Assembly: GCA_965204745.1 (NCBI GenBank)
Contig: OZ242010.1
Span: 3,773,389-3,837,388, forward strand
From: Candidatus Latescibacterota bacterium
GTDB lineage: Bacteria; Latescibacterota; UBA2968
Reading direction: 5' to 3'
DNA: 64,000 nucleotides
The position numbers were made by a program, and so were the translations under genes. This document shows positions 1 to 8,760 of this stretch, one piece after another; positions within the stretch are counted from its first letter, which is position 1, and every line of letters starts with the position of its first letter. The notes under the pieces are model-generated. The model worked only from the letters and a program-made list of their open reading frames with translations, was not told the DNA's origin and did not search any database.

Positions 1-69
1 CCCACGCACACAAAGCTGTTGTTGCGCTGCACTGCGTTCTCGTATTTTGTCAAAAAGGACATGTACCTC

Positions 70-112
70 TCCACTGATAAAATGGCGGATCCCCCATGGG
101 AATCCGCCATAC
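70..112 (-). terminator. Rho-independent terminator downstream of rnpB
   Basis: Perfect hairpin ATGGCGGATCCCCCATGGGAATCCGCCAT at 82-110, followed on the minus strand by TTTAT. Confidence 0.6.
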
Positions 113-115
113 TGA

Positions 116-490
116 AACAAGCGGGCCTATAAGCCGAGTTCTGTCGTTTGGCGGTTGCCAAACGGATGGTCATTTATCTGGGACGCCTGTTGCCAGACGC
201 CTCGTGCAGCCTACCCGAGCGTGATAGCGAGACGGGCCGCCTCTCCGCTCCTATTCGGCCTTGCTCCAAATGGGGTTTACCGTGCCGCGCTCGTCGCCGA
301 GTCGCGCGGTGGGCTCTTACCCCACCGTTTCACCCTTGCCCGCTGCGCGAATCACCGCGCCCGCTGGCGGTCTGTTCTCTGTGGCACTTTCCATCGGGTC
401 GCCCCGCCTGGGCATTACCCAGCATTTTGCCCTGTGGAGCTCGGACTTTCCTCATCCCAAAAAGGACGCGACCATCCGGCCCGCTTGTGC
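116..490 (-). ncRNA. rnpB: RNase P RNA, bacterial type A (rnpB)
   Basis: Reverse complement of 436-453 reads GAGGAAAGTCCGAGCTCC, followed by CACAGGGCA (P4 5' strand). Reverse complement of 130-144 reads ACAGAACTCGGCTTA (P4 3' strand). The terminal helix pairs CAAGCGGGCC (5') with GGCCCGCTTG (3'). The region carries no credible CDS, and its length of about 375 nt is typical of rnpB. Confidence 0.85.
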
Positions 491-492
491 AT

Positions 493-963
493 CTATTCGT
501 CTCGTTGCCCCGTGGTTGCTTTTTGCCTTCCGTCTATGCCTCGATTTGCCAACTGATCGGCTTTGTCGTTTTGGTCTCGGCGCACGTGTCTGATTTGGAA
601 CAGGTCAAAGGGTTTGCTCTGCATTTGCGCGGTTTGATACAGGGGCAACAGCGCGTTGCTTTTGACCTTGTAGTGCCCGTTCATCTGGCGCACCACGAGT
701 TCGCTGTCCGAAAAAACGGTCACGCGATTGGCGCGCAACTGCGCGGCGAGTTCGAGGCCCTTGATCAAGGCGCGATATTCTGCCGCGTTGTTGGTGGCCT
801 GCCCGATGTACTCGCAGTGCTCGGTCACGAGTTCGCCATCTCGTTCAATGCGAATCCCAATGCCCGCGTGCCCGGGATTGCCCTTGGATGCCCCGTCGAT
901 GAATAGGATGAGATCGTTCAACCCGCGCCCTCGCCTTCTCGCCACGCCAAGATGCGCGCACAA
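493..963 (-). CDS. rnhA: ribonuclease HI
   Basis: Motifs FIDGASKGNPG, TNNAAEYRAL, FSDSELVV and DKADQLA match RNase H type 1. The start may be an internal alternative codon, since the ORF overlaps the upstream gene by 46 nt. Confidence 0.8.
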   Translation of the reverse strand: MCAHLGVARRRGRGLNDLILFIDGASKGNPGHAGIGIRIERDGELVTEHCEYIGQATNNAAEYRALIKGLELAAQLRANRVTVFSDSELVVRQMNGHYKVKSNALLPLYQTAQMQSKPFDLFQIRHVRRDQNDKADQLANRGIDGRQKATTGQRDE

Positions 964-1640
964 TTGTCGCAGCGCAAGATGCTGTTAGCCCGCTTGACTT
1001 CGACCAACCGCTGCGGCGACAACTGCCGGTAACAACCGCCGCAGGCCCCCTTGTGAACTGGCACCACTGCGATCCCGCCCCTGACGACCGTGCGGATGCG
1101 ATTGTACAGGCCCAAGAGTCGGGAATCCACATGGGGTTCGAGGGCGGCGCGCTTCTTTTCCCACCCGCTCACGTTTTTCTCTGTGGAATTGAGGCTAGCC
1201 GTCAACTCGTCAATGCGTTGTTGGCGGTCCTGTTTGATTTCCCGATAGTACTTCTCGTCTTCGCCGAGGTGGGCCGCGATCTCCTCGAGCTGTTCAATGC
1301 TGTCCAAAATCGCGGTTTCGCAGTCGTCCTTGCGATCTTGCAGGGTCGCGATTTCGATTTGCAACGCGTCGTATTCCTTGTTCGTTTTGACCTCGTAGAG
1401 CCGGTCTTGGTGTTTTTTCAGATCGGCTTCAATCGCGCCGAGGTCCAATTCGAGGGCGCGCCGATTTTTTTCGAGTTCTTCGCGGTTTTGCTGTTGCGCG
1501 TCGAGTTGATCGCGTGCGGTTTCCAGTTCGGTTTTCAAGGTGGTGATTTCGTGGGGATAATCGACTTGCGCTTGGTGTAGCGCGTTGATCTCTTTGTCGA
1601 TTTCCTGAATTTTCAGCAAATGGTGCAAACTCTCTCGCAT
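918..1640 (-). CDS. zinc-ribbon domain protein (COG1579/DUF164 family), coiled-coil plus C4 zinc ribbon
   Basis: Long coiled-coil N-terminus and a C-terminal CGGCYRQL...CDNCARIL zinc ribbon. Start chosen at MRESLHHLLKIQ. Confidence 0.75.
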   Translation of the reverse strand: MRESLHHLLKIQEIDKEINALHQAQVDYPHEITTLKTELETARDQLDAQQQNREELEKNRRALELDLGAIEADLKKHQDRLYEVKTNKEYDALQIEIATLQDRKDDCETAILDSIEQLEEIAAHLGEDEKYYREIKQDRQQRIDELTASLNSTEKNVSGWEKKRAALEPHVDSRLLGLYNRIRTVVRGGIAVVPVHKGACGGCYRQLSPQRLVEVKRANSILRCDNCARILAWREGEGAG

Positions 1641-1750
1641 GCGCGTCTCCTTGTAAAAAAAGAAAAGGTGCGACCCTGAACAGGTGCACCTTTCTATGGC
1701 TGTTTTACTGCGCGTCAAACCTCTCGATCTGCTGAGAAGAGGAGGGTAAA

Positions 1751-1827
1751 TGGTGGGCGATACTGGATTTGAACCAGTGACCTCCGGTATGTGAAACCGG
1801 CACTCTAACCAACTGAGCTAATCGCCC
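1751..1827 (-). tRNA. tRNA-Val (anticodon CAC), CCA encoded
   Basis: The reverse complement folds as a cloverleaf: acceptor GGGCGAT/ATCGCCC, anticodon stem CCGGT/ACCGG with loop TTCACAT, T-loop GGTTCAAAT, and a 3' CCA. Confidence 0.9.
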
Positions 1828-2159
1828 AATTTTGCGATGATACCGCCCGAGGCAGTCGCTATTTTTTTTCATGATCAAAAGGGGGACTTGGGGTTTTGCA
1901 AGGAGTTGTAATTAACAAAAGATGCGCGGATATGTCAAGCCCGATGTGCAAAGGCGAAAAGCAACCATCGGCTTTTCGCTCGAAAGAAAGCGCGAGGAGT
2001 TGTGCGATTTGTTCCTTGCACATAGCGACAAACCAAAGTATTTTTCGCGCATCCTGTGAATTGTCTAATTGTTGCATTTGGTGAAACCGCAGGTTAAACT
2101 CAGGCGTCACTACGTCTCGATTGGGCAACGCATCTCAAACTTGGATGAGGGGACACACT

Positions 2160-2978
2160 ATGGAAATCCGGCCCCAGAAACTCAATTTCGCACGCCCTCC
2201 CATAGAGGAGATCGTATTGAGTGTTCTCTTTCAGCCTCTCGAAGGATTCCTCGCGCCACATCTTGGCGAAATATGGCGGGAACTCAAAAAGGAGGGGTTT
2301 GTGAACATCGCCGAACAGCCACCGGTTATTTCCACGATGGAGCATTTTTCGAAGATAGGCGGAGAACCCGAGTTGCATATTGGCAATGTCCCAAATCTCG
2401 CACGAATTTGGTTCATCCACAAAGATGACAACCAAATCATACAAGTGCAACGCGACCGATTTACTTTTAACTGGCGTAAAACCGAGGCAGAGCCGAACTA
2501 TCCTGGATTCTCCGCTATTCTTGAAAAATTTGTGGGGTTCTATAACCGCTTTGGCGAAACCATCCAAAACATGGAAGTCGGCGCACTAACGCCGTTGCAA
2601 TACGAGTTGACCTATATCGATCAACTCATGCGGGGAGAAGGCTGGGATAACTTCGAGGACCTGGGGAAGATTTACAACCTGTTTATGGATACTCAACCAT
2701 CGGATTCATTTTGGTCTGGCGCCGAATCGATGGTGTTGCAGGCATCATTTCCCATCGAGGATTTACACAGCCGATTGTACCTGACCATAGACAATAGGGT
2801 TAGGGTATCTGACCAAAGGCAAACGTTGCAAACCGATTTCACCATGCGCGGTTTTCCACTGAACGCGGAACAGGCAATGCGTGCGTGGTTTAAGTGGGCG
2901 CATGATCGGATCTGTGAAAAATTCGTCCGTATGTTCACGGAAGGCATCCAGACACAAATATGGGAGCGAAAAACATGA
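2160..2978 (+). CDS. hypothetical protein; resembles the TIGR04255-type conserved hypothetical family (from memory, unverified); first gene of a low-GC island
   Basis: ORF preceded by a GAGGGGA RBS. Local GC is about 45-50% against about 60% in the flanks. The stop overlaps the next start (ATGA). Confidence 0.7.
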   Translation: MEIRPQKLNFARPPIEEIVLSVLFQPLEGFLAPHLGEIWRELKKEGFVNIAEQPPVISTMEHFSKIGGEPELHIGNVPNLARIWFIHKDDNQIIQVQRDRFTFNWRKTEAEPNYPGFSAILEKFVGFYNRFGETIQNMEVGALTPLQYELTYIDQLMRGEGWDNFEDLGKIYNLFMDTQPSDSFWSGAESMVLQASFPIEDLHSRLYLTIDNRVRVSDQRQTLQTDFTMRGFPLNAEQAMRAWFKWAHDRICEKFVRMFTEGIQTQIWERKT

Positions 2979-3517
2979 ACGCGCTTAGTCCGTGGCTTCA
3001 AACCCAAGTGGGGAGGAACACCGCGATCAGTCCCTCCGCGCCTCCAAAAATGCCTCACAATGGGTTGCAAACTCAGGAGTACAGGCTTTTCGAGATGGGT
3101 GAGGGGGTTATAGTCGTTGATCGGCATTTCTTTTTTGTCGATGCACAACGGCAAATGGAGGAGATTCGCCAAGAGGCTATGGAAGCCTATCGGGCGAATA
3201 ACGAAATTGATCCTATCCCCGATTCGGCATACGAAGAGACGCTTTCTTTGTTGAAACAAATGCCTCGCAATGTTCCGATGCCCGACATCATGTGGTCTGA
3301 AGACGGAGGGATTGGGTTGGAATGGCGACCAGAGAACGGCATCGTTACGATGAGTTTATACGGGGACAATCATGTCATTTATGGCGCTTTTTTTGGCGAC
3401 AAGCGTGAAGTTGAAGGAATTTGCACATTATCAGACACCGCATTGTTGCAAGGTTTTTTGACAACATTGAGAAATTTTTATGAAAAAAAGGCTCGATATG
3501 AATGTTCCGCCCGATGA
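2975..3517 (+). CDS. hypothetical protein (island gene 2)
   Basis: ATGA start/stop overlap with the upstream gene; low GC; no recognisable domain. Confidence 0.6.
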   Translation: MNALSPWLQTQVGRNTAISPSAPPKMPHNGLQTQEYRLFEMGEGVIVVDRHFFFVDAQRQMEEIRQEAMEAYRANNEIDPIPDSAYEETLSLLKQMPRNVPMPDIMWSEDGGIGLEWRPENGIVTMSLYGDNHVIYGAFFGDKREVEGICTLSDTALLQGFLTTLRNFYEKKARYECSAR

Positions 3518-3884
3518 GAAACTCGCTCGTTTTATTTTTTCCAAAAGCCATTTCTCCATTGTGAACAAGACAGTCAAATTTAAGGCATTCATTCCTCCTT
3601 CAAATAGTGTAGAACTGTCTGTGTATCGCATCTCAACGCTCTCTGACAGCGAGGTGTGGGCAATTGGGCGAAAATACGTCGAAACAGGGGACAGAAGCCT
3701 AAAAGCAAGGGCGGATTTCTCGGCAGATCGAGTTTATGAAAACAATCTCGAAGTCATTCCAGCCACGCAACCCCACGAGCGACATGCCAACATCACGCCG
3801 TTTCCAGCCGATAGGAGAACGCGGGATCGCATCGCGAGAAAACTCGCTCTTTCCAGTAAATTGGTAATCATGCCGACAACGTAA
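3480..3884 (+). CDS. hypothetical protein (island gene 3); alternative start at 3498
   Basis: ORF in very AT-rich DNA (about 40% GC) that overlaps the end of gene 2; no recognisable domain. Confidence 0.55.
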   Translation: MKKRLDMNVPPDEKLARFIFSKSHFSIVNKTVKFKAFIPPSNSVELSVYRISTLSDSEVWAIGRKYVETGDRSLKARADFSADRVYENNLEVIPATQPHERHANITPFPADRRTRDRIARKLALSSKLVIMPTT

Positions 3885-3893
3885 GGAGCATCC

Positions 3894-4274
3894 ATGCAGA
3901 GGGAGACCGAAATGATGGAGCACGCGACCCGACAGGGCAGATTAGACGCGCTGTGCATCCGCGCGGACGAGGGCACGCTGACAAAACAAGAGCGAACCGA
4001 ATTAGACGCCCTCTTTGCGGAACGCGAGGCCGAGGAAGCGGCGGTCTTAAAACCCACGCGAGAAAAGGCGAAAGTGGCATGCGTGCTCGAACTTCTCCGG
4101 CGAGGGGACATCAGTGCTGGCAGAGCCGCAAAACGCCTTCACATTTCCCGTTGGGAACTCACGAGATTGATGGCCGAAGCAGGCATCTCCCCCTTTGACG
4201 ACAGCCTCACCACAACAACCCTCGCGGCTGAAGTCAATCGCGCGTTGCGGGCTTTCGATGAACCCACATCATGA
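3894..4274 (+). CDS. small HTH protein, UPF0175/antitoxin-like C-terminus (copy A1); the ribosomal start may be 3912
   Basis: C-terminal GDISAGRAAKRLHISRWELTRLMAEAGI resembles the UPF0175 helix-turn-helix. The N-terminal 47 aa are nearly identical at nucleotide level to copy A2. Confidence 0.6.
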   Translation: MQRETEMMEHATRQGRLDALCIRADEGTLTKQERTELDALFAEREAEEAAVLKPTREKAKVACVLELLRRGDISAGRAAKRLHISRWELTRLMAEAGISPFDDSLTTTTLAAEVNRALRAFDEPTS

Positions 4275-4401
4275 AAATTGTCGCAAACAGCACGCCGCCA
4301 AAATTTTGTCGCATCTCGAGCATCTGAACAGCGCGGATGGGACAAACCAAAGGAGCATCCATGCAGAGGGATTATTCCGAAGTCAAAGGGCACTTGCGGA
4401 G
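4269..4401 (+). repeat. direct repeat copy 1 (dehydratase leader plus first about 17 codons)
   Basis: About 95% identical to 5236-5390. It contains the RBS AAAGGAGCATCC and ATGCAGAGGGATTATTCCGAAGTCAAAGG. Confidence 0.85.
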
Positions 4402-4419
4402 CCAAGAAAGGAGAACGAA

Positions 4420-4815
4420 ATGATGGAGCACGCGACCCGACAGGGCAGATTAGACGCGCTGTGCATCCGTGCGGCCGAGGGCACGCTGACAAAACAAGAG
4501 CGAACCGAATTAGACGCCCTCTTTGCGGAACGCGATGTAGCTACCCATGAGGAGCACCTGTTATTGGCGGAGATCGAGGCGAACTCGCGCTTGCCCGATC
4601 AAAAACAACATCGCTATTGGTTGTTGCGGCGCAAGTGTGAGGATGAGACGCTGACCGATGCGGAATTGCAAGAGTTGCAATCGTTGAACCATGAGTGGGA
4701 AGCGCGAAATGTAAAGCGCGTCGAAGCCCTCTGCGCCTTAGCCGAACATCGCGGAACGACCCTGCGCGGCGTGATGGCAGAACTCGGCCTCAAAGGATCG
4801 CACCGTGACTTCTGA
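4420..4815 (+). CDS. small HTH protein (copy A2), paralog of A1 with a divergent C-terminus
   Basis: MMEHATRQGRLDALCIRA...; the C-terminal LRGVMAELGL is helix-turn-helix-like. It is preceded by a truncated 20-codon remnant of the dehydratase start (MQRDYSEVKGHLRSQERRTK*). Confidence 0.6.
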   Translation: MMEHATRQGRLDALCIRAAEGTLTKQERTELDALFAERDVATHEEHLLLAEIEANSRLPDQKQHRYWLLRRKCEDETLTDAELQELQSLNHEWEARNVKRVEALCALAEHRGTTLRGVMAELGLKGSHRDF

Positions 4816-5227
4816 CCGCTTGCGGCGTCAGGTGCGCGAGCGTGCAAATGGACTTTGTGAATACTGCCTTTGCCCCGATCATTTGACAAGTGCCCCTTTC
4901 CACTGCGAACATATTCAACCTCGCAACGCTGGCGGTGAAACGGCATTGGATAATCTGGCGTGGTCGTGTCCATCTTGCAATGGCAATAAATACACACAAA
5001 CCCACGCAATCGATCCGAAAACCGGACGCCGCGTGCCACTGTTTCACCCGCGCCGCCAACAGTGGAAACGGCATTTCCAATGGCGTGCGGATTTTATGTA
5101 CATCGTCGGACGAACGCAAACCGGACGTGCCACAGTCAGAGCCTTAAAAATGAATCGCACGACCTTGATAAATTTGAGGCGGATTCTCCACAGGGTAGGA
5201 GCGCATCCGCCAAAAATAACGAGGTGA
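4805..5227 (+). CDS. HNH endonuclease
   Basis: CEYC...HCEHIQPRNAGGETALDNLAWSCPSCNGNK HNH/zinc-finger motif; overlaps the end of A2 by 11 nt. Confidence 0.8.
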   Translation: MTSDRLRRQVRERANGLCEYCLCPDHLTSAPFHCEHIQPRNAGGETALDNLAWSCPSCNGNKYTQTHAIDPKTGRRVPLFHPRRQQWKRHFQWRADFMYIVGRTQTGRATVRALKMNRTTLINLRRILHRVGAHPPKITR

Positions 5228-5235
5228 CCTCGCAC

Positions 5236-5390
5236 CATGAAAATTGTCGCAAACAGCACGCCGCCAAAATTTTTGGGATTGAGTATTTGATCGGAGATCG
5301 CATCTCGAACATCTGAACAGCGCGAATGGGACAAATCAAAGGAGCATCCATGCAGAGGGATTATTCCGAAGTCAAAGGACACTTGCGGAG
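5236..5390 (+). repeat. direct repeat copy 2 (native leader and start of the dehydratase gene)
   Basis: Shares CATGAAAATTGTCGCAAACAGCACGCCGCCAAAATTTT and ...GAACAGCGCG(A/G)ATGGGACAAA(T/C)CAAAGGAGCATCCATGCAGAGGGATTATTCCGAAGTCAAAGG with 4269-4401. Confidence 0.85.
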
Positions 5391-7137
5391 TCAGGAGTGG
5401 TTCGACAACCCGCACAACATGGGCATGACCGCGGTGTATGTGGAACGCTACATGAACTACGGCTGGACGCGCGAAGAGCTCCAATCGGGCAAACCCGTCA
5501 TCGGCATCGCGCAAACAGGCGGGGACCTCACGCCTTGTAATCGCATCCACGTCGAATTGGCGGACCGGGTCAAAGCCGGGATTCGGGACAACGGGGGCAT
5601 CCCCTTTGAATTTCCGGTTCATCCCATTGCCGAGCAGGGCAAACGGCCCACGGCCGCGCTCGACCGCAACCTCGCGTACTTGGGCTTGGTCGAAATCCTA
5701 CACGGCTATCCCATTGACGGCGTGGTGCTCACCACCGGGTGCGATAAAACCACGCCTGCGTGCATCATGGCCGCCTGCACCCTCAACCTGCCCGCAATCG
5801 TGCTTTCGGGCGGCCCCATGCTCGATGGGCACTTTCAAGGGCGTCTGGCCGGATCGGGCACGGTCGTGTGGGAGGCGCGCGAACGCTATGCGGCCGGTGA
5901 AATTGACTACGACGGGTTTATGGACCTCGTCACGTCCTCCTCGCCCAGCTTGGGCCATTGCAACACGATGGGCACGGCCCTGTCCATGAACGCCTTGGCC
6001 GAAGCACTCGGCTTGTCCCTGACGGGTTGTGCGGCCATTCCCGCGCCCTATCGCGCCCGCAAGCAGATGGCGTATCGCACGGGCCTCCGCATCGTGGACA
6101 TGGTCAAAGAAGACCTCACCCCGGCCAAAATTTTGACGCCCAACGCCTTTCAAAACGCCATTGTGGTCAACTCTGCACTCGGGGGATCGACCAATGCGCC
6201 GGTTCACATCACCGCGATTGCGCGGCACATCGGGCACGCGCTTCCGGCAAAAGACTGGCAAATCCATGGTCACCACATCCCTTTGCTCGTCAACTGCCAA
6301 CCCGCGGGCGCCTACTTGGGCGAGGCGTTTTACCGCGCAGGCGGCGTGCCCGCGGTCATGGCCGAACTCGTCAAGGCAGACAAACTCCACACAAACTGCA
6401 TGAGCGTCACGGGCAAAACCATGGGCGAAAACCTCAAAGGCATCGCCATTGAAGACGACCGCGTCATCAAGCCCTACGACCGGCCCCTCAAAGAAAACGC
6501 GGGCTTTATCGTACTCGGCGGCAACCTCTTTGACGCGGGCTTGCTCAAAACCTCGGTGATCGGCGACGACTTTCGCAAAAGGTACCTCCAGCACGAAGGC
6601 GATGAAAACGCCTGGGAGGGCACGGCCGTGGTCTTTGACGGCCCGGAGGATTATCACCACCGCATCAATGACCCCGCGTTGCCCATTGACGAAAATGCCA
6701 TGTTGTTCGTGCGCTATTGCGGGCCTGTGGGCTATCCCGGCTCTGCCGAAGTCGTCAACATGCTCCCGCCTGACCGGCTCGTGCAGGCCGGCATTTCCGA
6801 ATTGCCCTGCATTGGCGACGGGCGTCAAAGCGGCACGTCTGCCAGCCCGTCCATCCTCAATGCGTCGCCCGAAGCCACTGTCGGCGGGGGCCTCGCGTTT
6901 CTCAAAACCGGCGACCGCGTGCGGATCGACCTCAACACCTGCACGGCCGACGTGCTCATCGGCGACGGAGAACTCGCCCGCCGCAAACGAGATTGGAAAC
7001 GACCCGCCCTGACCCACCAAACGCCCTGGCAGGAACTCTACCGCCAAACCGCGGGTCAACTCGCGGACGGCGCGTGCCTTGAGCTGGCCGTCAAATACCA
7101 AAACGTCCGCGACAACACCCCCCGGCACTCGCACTAA
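5350..7137 (+). CDS. IlvD/EDD-family dehydratase (dihydroxy-acid or sugar-acid dehydratase)
   Basis: Conserved TGCDKTTPA, LSGGPM, SPSLGHCNTMGTA and a C-terminal ...GDGRQSGTS; about 595 aa. Confidence 0.9.
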   Translation: MQRDYSEVKGHLRSQEWFDNPHNMGMTAVYVERYMNYGWTREELQSGKPVIGIAQTGGDLTPCNRIHVELADRVKAGIRDNGGIPFEFPVHPIAEQGKRPTAALDRNLAYLGLVEILHGYPIDGVVLTTGCDKTTPACIMAACTLNLPAIVLSGGPMLDGHFQGRLAGSGTVVWEARERYAAGEIDYDGFMDLVTSSSPSLGHCNTMGTALSMNALAEALGLSLTGCAAIPAPYRARKQMAYRTGLRIVDMVKEDLTPAKILTPNAFQNAIVVNSALGGSTNAPVHITAIARHIGHALPAKDWQIHGHHIPLLVNCQPAGAYLGEAFYRAGGVPAVMAELVKADKLHTNCMSVTGKTMGENLKGIAIEDDRVIKPYDRPLKENAGFIVLGGNLFDAGLLKTSVIGDDFRKRYLQHEGDENAWEGTAVVFDGPEDYHHRINDPALPIDENAMLFVRYCGPVGYPGSAEVVNMLPPDRLVQAGISELPCIGDGRQSGTSASPSILNASPEATVGGGLAFLKTGDRVRIDLNTCTADVLIGDGELARRKRDWKRPALTHQTPWQELYRQTAGQLADGACLELAVKYQNVRDNTPRHSH

Positions 7138-8644
7138 AAAAGCGCGAATTGACCAACGCGCTAATTTCAGCATCTGCCCGCGATCCAGACAGGGTTTTGT
7201 GCTGCATCTTTGCGAGTGCCAGCAAATCCAGCCGCTTGAGGATCTGCGCGGTGATCGGGCGTTTGGCATCCCAAAAAATGAACGCCCGCAAAAACTCGCG
7301 CGCGGCTTTTGAATTGAGCAGATCGGCACACAAAACCGCCTCATCCTGGTTTTTGCAGGGCAAAAAATAACACGTATCGTCAACCATTGCGGGTTTGCCA
7401 TCCAAAGGCGGGACGATTGAAAACTGGATCCGCTTGTACAATCCGGAAATCGCCACCTTCCACGCGGCAAAGGAATAATCCCCGACGCCAAAAATGGAAA
7501 ACCGCGGTTTCTTTTTGTACACAGAGCTTTTTCTTTGGTCTAACCTGTCCGCGTGTTTGGTCAAATACGACCACGTCTTGGGCGCGCGCTCCCGAATAAT
7601 GCGGGTGTCATCGCCGACGCCTTTTTGCGTGATCAGGACCCAACGCTCGGGCCTGTTCGTCAACCCCTTTGCCACAGCCGAACTCTTGTACAGCGGGAAC
7701 ACAAACTCGTCCTCGATATCGACCATCTCGCCCAAGCCATTGACCAACGCGCCATCTCTGCGGATAAATTCCATGATTTTCACGCAATCGTGTTTGACGC
7801 CCGACCGCCATGCAACGGGCACCTGCCCATCGAGTTGCGACCACTTTTCGTACTTTTTGAGATCGGCCAAAATTTCCGCATTTTGCATCCCAATCGCAGA
7901 GAGTTTGCGCGCAGTCGAAACGCCGCTGAAAACATCGCACGCCTTGGCCCTAGCGGGCAGGCCCGTCTGACACACCAGCAAGCACGCGGGTGCAGAAACA
8001 TCGAAATGCGCCTTGGCATCCACGGCGTATAACCGGGTATCCGAGATGCAAAAATCCCGCGTCCAAATATGTTTCAACACTTTTCTCGCAACCGTCGTCT
8101 TGCACAGCATCGCCAAGACAGCGCGCCTGTGTTGCAGTTTGTCCAGCAGGTGAATGAGCATCCATTCCGATATGTCGAAGTTGGATTTTCCGGTGATGGC
8201 GTCAAATCCCCTGTGGCCTTGAAAATTATTTTTGCTGGGCAAATTCGATCCCCGAATGCGCCCCAAACCCGAATTGGTCACCCACGGCGGATTGCCGAGC
8301 ACGAGAATGGGTTCGGGCAGATGGGTCAAAATAGTCTCCCAGTCGAGTTGAAAAAAATCCGCATGCCTCAGTTCCACCCGCTCGCGTTCCGCCTGTCCCA
8401 ACTTTTGTTCGAGAACCCGCAGATATGCCCGATTGATCTCGATGCCCAAAAATTTTCGCGCATGCTCAAAAGCGGTCATCGCACGCAAGAGAAACCCCCC
8501 TGTCCCACACGTCGGTTCAACGACACTCTCGGGACGCACGCCCTCGGCAACCAGAAAATGGCATATCTCGTCCGCAAGTTCACTCGGCGTCTGAAAATCG
8601 CCAAACTCCACGACCCGTCTATTTTTTCGATTCTTTGCAGTCAT
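7091..8644 (-). CDS. gamma-class N6-adenine DNA methyltransferase (TaqI/Eco57I-like), apparently solitary
   Basis: N-terminal FGDFQTPSELA (motif X), EPTCGTGGFLL (motif I) and GNPPW (motif IV), plus a roughly 300-aa C-terminal target-recognition region. It converges with and overlaps the dehydratase 3' end by 47 nt. Confidence 0.8.
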   Translation of the reverse strand: MTAKNRKNRRVVEFGDFQTPSELADEICHFLVAEGVRPESVVEPTCGTGGFLLRAMTAFEHARKFLGIEINRAYLRVLEQKLGQAERERVELRHADFFQLDWETILTHLPEPILVLGNPPWVTNSGLGRIRGSNLPSKNNFQGHRGFDAITGKSNFDISEWMLIHLLDKLQHRRAVLAMLCKTTVARKVLKHIWTRDFCISDTRLYAVDAKAHFDVSAPACLLVCQTGLPARAKACDVFSGVSTARKLSAIGMQNAEILADLKKYEKWSQLDGQVPVAWRSGVKHDCVKIMEFIRRDGALVNGLGEMVDIEDEFVFPLYKSSAVAKGLTNRPERWVLITQKGVGDDTRIIRERAPKTWSYLTKHADRLDQRKSSVYKKKPRFSIFGVGDYSFAAWKVAISGLYKRIQFSIVPPLDGKPAMVDDTCYFLPCKNQDEAVLCADLLNSKAAREFLRAFIFWDAKRPITAQILKRLDLLALAKMQHKTLSGSRADAEISALVNSRFFSASAGGCCRGRFGI

Positions 8645-8760
8645 AAAATCTCCAATATCCCCGTAGAGTGTGAACTAGAGGGTCGCAATCCAGTGCTGAG
8701 CCTGTGCCGCTTTCTTTTGTGTCTTCTGTGTTTTTTGTGGCAATTTCATTTTTTTACTCC

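Noticed and set aside
148-906. 252-aa plus-strand ORF and nested ORFs 155-556 and 261-593
   Set aside because: They overlap the RNase P RNA gene and the RNase HI gene on the other strand; the products are Arg/Pro-rich junk typical of high-GC shadow frames.
5698-7491. 597-aa minus-strand ORF antisense to the IlvD/EDD dehydratase
   Set aside because: Antisense shadow ORF in high-GC DNA; the sense strand has a strong, well-conserved enzyme.
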